From Hormiphora californensis (taxonomy: Eukaryota > Animalia > Ctenophora), in NCBI GenBank assembly GCA_020137815.1, contig CM035350.1, forward strand, positions 6,510,001 to 6,574,000: a DNA stretch of 64,000 nt, read 5' to 3'. Of the stretch, positions 1 through 18,567 are shown piece after piece. Position numbers and translations under genes: made by a program. Position 1 is the first letter of the stretch, and each line of letters opens with the position of its first letter. The notes beneath the pieces were generated by a model. The model searched no databases and was not told the DNA's origin. It saw nothing but the letters and a program-made list of their open reading frames with translations.

Positions 1-112
1 TCCAGTCGTTAAGATCAACACGATCTATTATTTATATTTATTACTAGTTGAGTGTACTCAACAAACCGTTAAAGTTCATTGATAGGACTTACATATCTAA
101 TCATCCAACTAG

Positions 113-3100
113 TTGAGAATTCTCAACCCAAATCGCATGTTCACGCGTTCCAAAGCCAAGGCACTCTCACCAGTAGCACTTCGCACCTCACCGGCACTTC
201 ACCGCCCATTCCACCCTGATTCACATCTGCGATCATTCTTCGTGTCACCAACATCATCTGACACGTCTTTCTCTTCCAATAGCTCAGGGTCGGTATCAGA
301 ACATGAATTTGTTACTCCCAAAACCACCCGTACTCAATCAGATCTGCCTGACTACTATGAACCAGAGATCTCTTTCTCTGTGTCAACGCCTGTAAGCAGA
401 CTAGTCTCAGATGCAAGATGGTCAACATTGGAGGAATGCAGTCAGTGTTATGAGATTTTGCCATCTTATGAGACTATCAAGTGTCATGGATGCCACGAGG
501 GCTTTCATCAATCATGCATGACTGTGGTGAAGCGATCGGAGCTTATGGATCATGTACCCACACAATGGTTTTGCACACCTTGTTTCAATCTAAATGAAAC
601 CAAGTGGGTGTCATCGAAGCCAGCATTAGCAAATTGTTGGGGTCCTTTGAATGGAATTGAACTAGAGGAAGCATTTGAGAACATTTCCAAAATCAGCCAG
701 GGATGGTCACCAAATCTGTTTAAGGTTCCTTTCGGACACGTTGGTCGATCATTCATTGACGAGCTCACTAGATTGGCCAACATGTTCAGTGATAGAGAGG
801 ACTCTCGTGGCTGGGCCCTATCTGCTATGATATTGGCACCTCTTTTGCTCCTGCAAAAACCCTCCCGCAAATCGAAAAACAAGGAACACACTGCACTCCT
901 TAGAAAACGATTAGAGTTGTGGAAAAAGGGAGACTTTGAGGCACTCATTCGTGAGGCGAAGGCTCTACAGAAACCTCTCAAGCACCAAGAGCCATCCGAG
1001 GAACAAAGCAACAAGAAGTTTGTGGACCTGATGCGAGAGGGTAGGATAACTGAGGCTACGGCCTGGTTGAACCCCGAACGTCACACAACAGGCGTAAAGA
1101 AATGTGATGATGAAGTGCTGGAGGATCTAATGAAAAAGCACCCTCAGTCTCGACCAGCGAATAGTAAATTTGCAAAACAGGGCCCAACAGAACCGGTTCT
1201 CGAAGTCAAATTCAGTGGTCTATCGGGAGACACGATCTTTCAGTGTGCAAAGACTCTGAAGGGTAAAGGAGGACCCAGTGGAGTAGAAGCTGGCGGGATT
1301 CACAGAATCTTGTGTTCCAGGAAATACAGAAATTCCTCTCCGGCTCTCTGTGATGCTCTCGCTAAAGTTGCACGCACCTTGGCTACCAACCAAATCGACT
1401 TAAAATCACTCGACATATTCTGCACCAGCAGACTGATCCCTTTGACAAAATCTGGAGGCGGAACGCGGCCGATAGGCATTGGGGAGTGTTTTAGACGAGT
1501 TATCACCAAATCAGTTGTGCGTACGATCAAACGAGTGATTAAGGATGCGGCGGGTAAAGTGCAACTTGCAGCAGGCCAGATTGGTGGTGTAGAAGCCGCT
1601 GTGCACGCATTGAGCGAGAAGTTTGGAAGTGAAGAATGTGAGGGTGTTTTGCTTCTTGATGCAGAAAATGCGTTCAACAACCTAAACAGGAAGATGGCAC
1701 TGAACAGTACGACTTTTTACTGCCCTGATTTGAGCATCTTTCTCACCAACATCTATGGCAAATCCCGGAAGTTGTTTGCCGGTGAGCATACCCTTCTCAG
1801 TGCAGAAGGAACCACCCAGGGTGACCCCTCGGCTATGGATTTTTATTCTATTGGAATCCTGAGATTGATCGAAATGGTTGAGAGCTCTGACATCACCCAA
1901 ATCTGGTATGCAGATGATGGAAATGCGGCTGGAACATTGGGTGGACTGCTATCGTGGTACGACAAAGTGACGTCATTTGGTCCACATTTTGGATACTTTG
2001 TAAACCCCTCCAAGTGTGTTCTTATTGTTAAGCCACAGTATCACGAATCAGCAGAGAGACTATTTGGTGATACTGGTATCCGGATTACCACCGAAGGCGC
2101 TCGTCATCTCGGGGCTTCGATTGGCTCCACTGCCTTCAGGGAATCATATGTCTCTGAAGCGGTCTCGAGGTGGTGTGCTGAGCTAATGAATCTGGTCAAC
2201 ATTGCCAAGGCCCATCCCCACCTAGCATATTGCAACTTCATAAGGAGCTTCAAGTTTAAATGGTGCTATATGCAGAGAACGATCTATGGGATATCCGACT
2301 TGTTTCAGCCCCTTGAGAACCTGATAAGATCTGAATTGATTCCCTGCTTTGTTGGACGTCAAGTATCGGACATTGAGAGAAACATCCTAGCATTACCGGC
2401 CAACATAGGTGGTATGGGCCTGGACAATCCTACACAGACAAGCGACAGGGCATACACAAACTCTCGTAAACTCACAAAACCCTTAGTCGATACTATTATT
2501 GACCCGATTGAAGGTAACGGTGGAATGTCCAAAGTTGAAGAGCAGGCCAAGGAAGCTCGTATTGAGATCACCAAGGAAAACAGCGACCATAGCATGGCGG
2601 AACTGTCCAAATTAAAGAAAAATATCAGTTGTCCAAAGTTGCTAAGGTGTCTGGAACTCAATCAAGAACCAGGAGCATCTGTATGGTTGTCCGCTACCCC
2701 TTACTCCCACCTGAACTTTGAGCTTCACCAATTGGAGTTTGTGGATGCAGTTTGCCTCCGGTACGGCTTCGAAGTGAAGGACCTGAAATCTACATGTGTC
2801 TGTGGCAAACAGAACAGTGGAGATCACACTCTGACGTGCTGTACAGGAGGATATTCAATCCTCCGCCATGATGGAATACGAGATCTGGTTGCGGAAATGT
2901 GTGTCTATGGTGGATTGAAAGCAGTGGAGAAAGAGAAACTACTACAACCATGTAACAACCATCAACTCCATTTTGCTGCCAACACACAACCGGATGCCAG
3001 AATGGACGTGGTATGTACTGGACTCTGGAGGGATATGCAGTTGAGTTATCTTGATGTAAGGGTCTTCCATCCAAACGCCCCATCTTACGTAACTCAGTCG

Positions 3101-3415
3101 ATGGGCAGCCTCTACAGATCGAAAGAAGCAGGGAAGAAGCAAGCGTACGGGCAAAGGGTCAGAGAGGTAGAGGGAGGAACATTCACCCCTCTCGTCATGA
3201 GCACCTTTGGCGGCATGGGAGATGAGTTTGAGAAATTCCTCAAGAAGTTATCGAAGAGGGTTTCAGACAAGACCAAGGAACCCTATGCTGAAGTTATCAG
3301 CCACTTCAGAACAAGGCTGAGATTCGGACTTTTGAGGGCCTGTCTGATCGCCCTCAGAGGGAACAGGAGGAAGATCGTGCCCATTAATATGCACGAAGTT
3401 GAACTTTTAACGTAA
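113..3415 (+). mobile_element. Intact CRE-clade (RLE-type) non-LTR retrotransposon ORF: PHD finger + reverse transcriptase + zinc knuckle + restriction-like endonuclease
   Basis: 1100-aa uninterrupted ORF (first ATG at 137). Motifs: C4HC3 PHD (CSQC...CHGC...HQSC...WFCTPC); RT motifs RPIGIGECFRR, LLLDAENAFN, QGDP, YADD, RHLGA; CVCG..DH..C..GG..RHD knuckle; PD..D..DV..K RLE core. Short 3' UTR ends in (TTTA)n at ~3437-3460. Confidence 0.92.
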
Positions 3416-3685
3416 AATGATGAGATTTTAGTTACTATTTATTTATTTATTTATTTATTTATGTTTATAAGTCGCATGGGACGTGCGTGGTGTACCAGGA
3501 GTGGTGGATTGTGAAGCCACTCTTGTTGTGTCCCTCTCCCACCTTCTCCGTGTGCCAACACAACACTATACTGGTACACCCGCACAGTCGTGTTCCATTT
3601 TTTCCGACATTATATATTTTGGCGGTCTAGACGGATTAGCCTGCCTGTGCAGGGTCTTGTTAATTATTGTTCATATTATCAGTAA

Positions 3686-4745
3686 GTGCTTCCAAATGTT
3701 CGAGGGGTGGATCTTCCGGCTGGCACACAGCCGATGGTGATTGGTGCCAGACTTGACATCAGTAGTCGCGGCTTTTGGTCGGGTATGGACAATATCTATT
3801 TCGATGTTAGGATTTTCAATCCAAGGATATCGTCCAACTCAAACCAGACCATCGCCAAAACTTATGAAAAACACGAGAAAGAGAAGAAAACCTCTCACCT
3901 CCACCGTGTCCTAGAGGTGGAAAATTCAACATTCACACCATTGGTAATTTCAACTACAGGGGGCCTCAGGAGAGAGTTTAATAAGACTTTGAAACAATTG
4001 GCTGAGAAGAATACGTTTTTCTCGATAAAAAACTTGTCAAGGATACCGTTTTTCTCAATACGTTTTTCTCGATAAAAAACTTGTCAAGGACTCTTCAGTG
4101 AGTGTGTGTTTGAAGGACAGCTAATTTATTATTTATTTATTACCGAATCTGTGTGTATGTGTTTGTGATTGTCTGTTTGTCTGTGAATGTGTTTGTACGT
4201 GTGTTAGTATGTTTTTGTATTAACCGTTTTGTATTGACTGCGGATGTTGTGTTTTGCGTCTGTGACTTTGTGTATTCTGTTTAATCTGTTTTTATGTTTG
4301 TCTGCTTGTTTTGTTAGTTCGTTACCTTGTTTTCTATAACCCCTTGTTCCTCGTATTTTGTGCATCTAATGCTACTAGGATGTGTATCACTGTCTCTAAG
4401 TATTGTTTAAACCGCTTTAGGAAACCGCTGATGTGAACTGTATATTTTCACCTCTCAGCCTTGTATCACTTTATTAGTGTATGGTGTAAGAGCGGGACGA
4501 AGTTATATATTAATTGTGTGACTTTGTGATAAATTGTGCGTAAACTTAAACTTAAACTTAAACTTAAAACAGGATATTCATATGATCAGTGTATCCGGTA
4601 CCTGAGGCTAAGGTTGTCATTCGCCATGGTCCGGTCCGTCACCATTTCCATCAGGGGACACCGTGGACGACTGAGGGCAGAAGGCAGCAGCGGTCGGGAT
4701 GACAGTATCTACCAAATAGACTAAATCTTTATTTATATATTTTTT
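3686..4745 (+). mobile_element. 5'-truncated second CRE-like element (RLE C-terminus only), split by an insertion
   Basis: ARLDISSRGFW..YFDVRIFNP..HEKEKK..FTPLVISTTGG..KQLAEK (3686-4010) resumes as KTGYSYDQCIRYLRLRLSFAMVRS..IRGHR (4566-4724). This aligns with the C-terminus of the upstream element but is diverged. T/A-rich tail follows. Confidence 0.85.
4010..4566 (+). mobile_element. Inserted 3' UTR fragment of another retroelement with (TAAACT)n tail
   Basis: Interrupts the RLE reading frame. T/G-rich UTR-like sequence ending in four taaact repeats, with a locally duplicated 5' junction (atacgtttttctcgataaaaaacttgtcaagga x2). Confidence 0.65.
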
Positions 4746-5300
4746 TGACCCCGTTTGTTTAATTTATTATTGCCATTGTTAGTGTGTGTACCACTATTTA
4801 TATTCAAGGCCAATATCGGCCGACCCCCCTTTTTCTCCAAACTCACGAACCCCAACACCGATTTGCATCACTTTTCAACAGCCGAAGAGAAGCTGCTGAA
4901 GAGAGAAAGGGGGTAACTGTATGTAGAGTTAATCGCGATGAGTCTCATACCCATTGGGTCCCATCATTATTCCTTTTCCCCCGGTGTTGGGGGTTGTGTA
5001 CAACAACAAAGTGGAATATTAAATACTATGATGATGATGACAAAACAATCATAAAATTTTCTCTCAGTACAATAGATAAATAAATAAAATCTCACACAGG
5101 TTTTAAATATCAAAAAACACTTGTGTTTGAAAAGCGCTGCCTTATCCTGCGAATAATTTTTGGACAGTAGCATTTGCCAACTTGGTGTTGTACTTGAAAA
5201 GCGCTGCCTTATTCCGCATTCCAATAAGGCGCTTGCTTTGTAGGTTCATTATTTTGTGATTGAAGTACTTAATAAATATCATTTCCAAGGCAGAGATATA

Positions 5301-6446
5301 ATGGATGATATAAGTTTTTACGACCTCGACCAACTTTTCCAAGGAACCGATGACGGCAATGTGAGACAAACACAAGATTCAGAACATCATGTTGATGTTG
5401 ATGGGGGAGATTTTGTGTTCGATGTTACTTCAATCTTTGAAGCCTCCAAATCAGAAGTCGTTTCTCCTGAGAAACAAGCAGGTTTTGATAGCTCCTTCAG
5501 ATCCAATGTTAACCTAAATGAAAGTTTTCTGCGATCGACTGCAAACGATTTTACGTTCGATGTGACTACCCTGTTCTCCTCCGATACACCTGTACGAAAG
5601 AAAGAGGAAGATGAAGAAGATAGCGAGATAGATTTCACACTCCCCGATGAACAGCTAATAGAGGAGGAGATTGTCTCTGATGTGGATGTGGGGCTTACGG
5701 AGGAAGTCGAAGATCAGGGAAGTTATTGCAGCGACGAGGCCATGCCTAGAAAAGGTGCAAAAGCAGCAGCCACCTGGCGAAGGAATGTGAATTTTCGGAA
5801 GGAGCACAAGCGTGCATTGGCCTTATTCAACTTACAGCTTGAGGAAAGTTTTGTTCCCTATGTGGCCCCCGTTACTGTGAACGAAGAACTACGTTGGTCA
5901 ACTGAGAGACCGCTGGTAAGGGAACTCTCCAGTGAGGAGGTACTCAGGCATTTTAATGTGGCAGAAATCCCAAAACCTTTCACAAGTCCGAAAACAAAGG
6001 GCCTTCGAGCGAGGACAAAGTCTAAGAAACATTACCCGTATCATCTGCAGAGAGTTGTGAAAAATGAGGTGATTGGACAGGCGGAGGAAAAAGAGAATCT
6101 CTCTGAGGTCCAGATAGACAATGTCACGAGTCGAGCCCTCGGTTTTATTGATATTGTCTTTGAGAAACTATCCGAATATAATTTTAGCCGGAAACGAAAG
6201 CTAGTGACCCGGGCGGAAATTAAGAATGCGTGTGTTGCCGTGCTAGCAAGTGAGAAAAAGAGGACTGAATTGTTAGGCGAGCTGATTAAAGATAAACCTG
6301 TTTTCTCTAGCAATACTAGAAAGGATATCAGATATACTTCATACACTAAGATACCAGCAATTCGAACACAGTTCCCCCGAGACAAGGGAGAGACCGCAAA
6401 ACAAGTTTTTAAAAAGAGGTCGAGGTTTGTCAAAGATTTGAGGTGA
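5301..6446 (+). CDS. Uncharacterised intronless protein (~381 aa), acidic N-half and basic C-half
   Basis: Long ORF with ATG at 5301; repeated F-x-D-[LV]-xx-[LI]-F motif; no family recognised. Confidence 0.6.
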   Translation: MDDISFYDLDQLFQGTDDGNVRQTQDSEHHVDVDGGDFVFDVTSIFEASKSEVVSPEKQAGFDSSFRSNVNLNESFLRSTANDFTFDVTTLFSSDTPVRKKEEDEEDSEIDFTLPDEQLIEEEIVSDVDVGLTEEVEDQGSYCSDEAMPRKGAKAAATWRRNVNFRKEHKRALALFNLQLEESFVPYVAPVTVNEELRWSTERPLVRELSSEEVLRHFNVAEIPKPFTSPKTKGLRARTKSKKHYPYHLQRVVKNEVIGQAEEKENLSEVQIDNVTSRALGFIDIVFEKLSEYNFSRKRKLVTRAEIKNACVAVLASEKKRTELLGELIKDKPVFSSNTRKDIRYTSYTKIPAIRTQFPRDKGETAKQVFKKRSRFVKDLR

Positions 6447-6731
6447 CACGATATATTTTTAAATTGATTCAGTCTCACTTTTTAGCTTTTAAACTTTTAT
6501 GTAACTTATTCATGTTCAAATTGTTCGTTGTTTCTTTGCTGTTTCCCCTCATTCCTACCAGAAAATACCAAAACGTTAATTTGCAGATGGCTATACTAAA
6601 GAGTCGTCCAGAAACCCCCAGAGCGTCTGTTTCTAACCCCTGAACTGTTATAATACCCCCAGAGCGCCTGTTTTAAACCCCTGTTCACTTATAAAACCCT
6701 AGAACTCAACTAAAAACCTGCCTTATTTCCC

Positions 6732-7588
<857 letters not shown>

Positions 7589-7787
7589 TATGATCTTTGA
7601 ACTGTGAAAGTGCTACAAAATATTCAATCTTATTCTGCAAATTTTGATATTGAAATGAAAACATGTGATATCTATGTGAAGGAGTGGTTACATTCACTTG
7701 TTTTTTATAAATCCAATTTTTAAATTTTCTGTGTTTTTACACTCGAACTGCCACTCCTTTTCAGGCCTATTAACTATCTATATAATA

Positions 7788-8780
7788 AGGTGATTTAACC
7801 TCAAATTTTAACCTCAACCACAAAAAAATTTGTTACAAAGGATTTCCACCTCAAATGTACTCCTAAGGGTCCCCTCTATCGATTCCAACCAATGTTCATA
7901 TTTGTTCAGGGGTGCTAAGGCCTCATTTCCGGGTGGGCGTGGTACCTGTATTTTCAGCCTGAGACCAAAACCATAAGTACCCTTAAAATAGGAGTAGAGA
8001 TAAAATCGAGGGCACTAGAGTGATCAGCGTCCTCGCATTAGTGGGGATAGGTGCTGGAATTAAGTCTCTATCTCATCTGGTTAATTAGATAATTGGATAA
8101 TTAGTTTTGCGCATAACCGTTTTTTGGCTATATGGCTATAGCCACTTAGGAATGGTTTAGAGACTTTTCATTGGTGCCATTTTGTAGGCAAAGCGAATTT
8201 ATGGGGGGTCGACGTTGGACTTTTAAGCTCTATCTCCAACCGTTTAGCCGTTATTTGGCTTTAACGGTGTTCAAAATCGGGGATTTTAACGTATTTTGCT
8301 CATTTGGAGAATCTTAAAAGCCAAATAACGGCTAAACGGTTGAAGATAGAGCTTAAAAGTCCGACGTCGACCGCCCATAAATTCGCTTTGCCTACAAAAT
8401 GGCACCAATGAAAAGTCTCTAAACCATTCCTAAGTGGCTATAGCCATATAGCCAAAAAACGGTTATGCGCAAAACTAATTATCCAATTATCTAATTAACC
8501 AGATGAGATAGAGACTTAATTCCAGCACCTATCCCCACTAATGCGAGGACGCTGATCACTCTAGTGCCCTCGATTTTATCTCTACTCCTATTTTAAGGGT
8601 ACTTATGGTTTTGGTCTCAGGCTGAAAATACAGGTACCACGCCCACCCGGAAATGAGGCCTTAGCACCCCTGAACAAATATGAACATTGGTTGGAATCGA
8701 TAGAGGGGACCCTTAGGAGTACATTTGAGGTGGAAATCCTTTGTAACAAATTTTTTTGTGGTATTCCTGGTTTATCACCT
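7788..8780. mobile_element. ~1 kb foldback/MITE with ~445-bp near-perfect inverted arms and TA flanks
   Basis: ~7818-8264 is the reverse complement of ~8314-8762, with a ~50-bp spacer. Ends read ta|aggtgat...atcacct|ta. Absent from the paralogous 3' flank of ZNF copy 2 (~11205-11240). Confidence 0.9.
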
Positions 8781-8974
8781 TACTAATACCTTACTGACAG
8801 TACATTATAGCTTGCCCGAGAGTGCCTCAATACAGACCACCAACAGTTAGAGTGTCAGAGAAGTTTTGCTAGAATATGTTACAATTCTGAGCTTGTATTT
8901 TAGCGATTATATATGTCATACCGACCAAAGATATTATGACGATGATCAGAACACACTTTTATATAATTTATTCA

Positions 8975-9352
8975 TTTTTTCCCCGCCCGGTGAATGCCGA
9001 AGGCATTCACCCGGATGCCTTTTGTAAAAAGGCATAGGGGTTTAGAATTCGACAATTTTATTTTACATACTAGTGAAGTGTCACGCTTTTTTTGTAACGT
9101 AACCCGCTCAGTTGCGAGGGACAACGATGTTGCTCCTTCATCAAATATTTCAATGGCACGTTTTCAGGAAATGTGAGCCGCGCAATGTGACACACAATTT
9201 AGTGCTACTAAAACACAATGATTTGTTCTATACGGTTTGACTGATTCATAGATGATCGGAAATGCCTGTCCCGCCTTCCCATTAGATGGTTATGAAAATA
9301 AAGGTTGGCGGGGAAACATAGCATTATGAAACATAATGCAATTATTCTTGTT
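8975..9352 (+). mobile_element. Helentron-associated non-autonomous element (HINE/DINE-like)
   Basis: Subterminal inverted repeats ttccccgcc (8979) / ggcggggaa (9307), 5' hairpin ggtgaatgccgaaggcattcacc, 3' hairpin gcattatgaaacataatgc, T-rich ends. Confidence 0.6.
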
Positions 9353-9541
9353 AAACTATTAGTTGTTTGTTTGTTTCTGTATAGTTGTACTACCCCGACA
9401 GTGCCTAATTCTAGCTTCTGCTCTGCTATAATACCCCCAGAGCGCCTGTTTCTAACCCCTGTACAGTTATAACACCCCCCAGCACGTTGGTACAACTCAG
9501 TAGTTCTACTAAAACTCTGCCTTATTTCCCGCTTATTTCCC

Positions 9542-10820
<1,279 letters not shown>

Positions 10821-11729
10821 TCCATTGAGAACGGCCCTATACCACTACCAATGTAAACTTTGTGGGAAAGGGTTTACCAGTTCTACTTGTCTCAAAAAAC
10901 ATATGTTGATCCATGCTGGGGAAGCGAACGGCTCTACAAATGACATGATAGTGGTAAAGGCTTTACCCAGTGCAGTTACCTCACCGTAATGAACATGTAA
11001 GAATCCACGCAAGGAAATTGATATGAACTTTGAACTGTGAAAGTGCTACAAAATATTCGATTTTATTCTGCAAATTTTGATATTGAATTGAACACAATAT
11101 GTGATATAGATATATGTGAAGGAGTGGGTGGCATTCACTTGTTTTTTATAAATCCTATTTTTAAATTTTATGTGCTTTTCACTCCAACCGTCTTTCCTTT
11201 ACAGGCCTATTAACTTTTCCTTTTTAACTTTTTATACCTTACTGATGGTACAATAAAGCTTGTCCGAGAGTGCCTCAATACAGACCACCAACAATTAGAG
11301 TGTCAGAGAAGTTTTTTTTTTATTATGGTGAGCTTGTTTTGTAAAGTGAGAGTGTGGACAGTACAATGTAGTATTCAGAATGTGTTAGTAAATTATGACG
11401 ATTGTTTCTATCATGTTTGTTACATACTGATTAAACAGGAATTCCCCGAAAGTTTTTTAACTTTTTATACCTTACTCTGATCTTGGTACAATAAAGTTTG
11501 TCCGAGAGTGTCTCAATACAGACCACCAACAATTAGTGTCAGAGAAGTTTTGTTTGACTTTGGTGTAATTTTGAGCTTGTATTTTAGCGATTATCTCTCA
11601 TACCGACCTAGATCCACACAAACTTGTTGTGTTAAAACACACTTTTTGTTTAATTTCATTTTACACTATTGTAGTTTCTTTACAATCCCTCCCGTTCCAA
11701 TCACATAATACCAACACGTTAATTTGTAG

Positions 11730-18321
<6,592 letters not shown>

Positions 18322-18567
18322 ACTTTGTTGGGATTGATTAATTTTGCATGTATATTTGTCTGAGAGAGAATGTTTACTGTTATGTTTCCTGTTTGAGATT
18401 TATGAAATTAAAAAAAAACTGTCGCCATATTCCTTCACTGACCCCAATTGACCTTGAACCTTGGTAACGAAGTTACCCCTCCCAAAGTTACCCCTCCCTT
18501 ACCAGCGCTTTATCTCCTAACCGACTCTGAACCCCAAGTTTTACTATCCACTGTTATTATAGCGGTA

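Noticed and set aside
1-112. Spliced-leader RNA gene as the CRE insertion target
   Set aside because: No recognisable SL exon/donor/Sm-site arrangement in either flank within the window.
550-3154. Several minus-strand ORFs over the retrotransposon
   Set aside because: Shadow frames of the long plus-strand ORF; no motifs.
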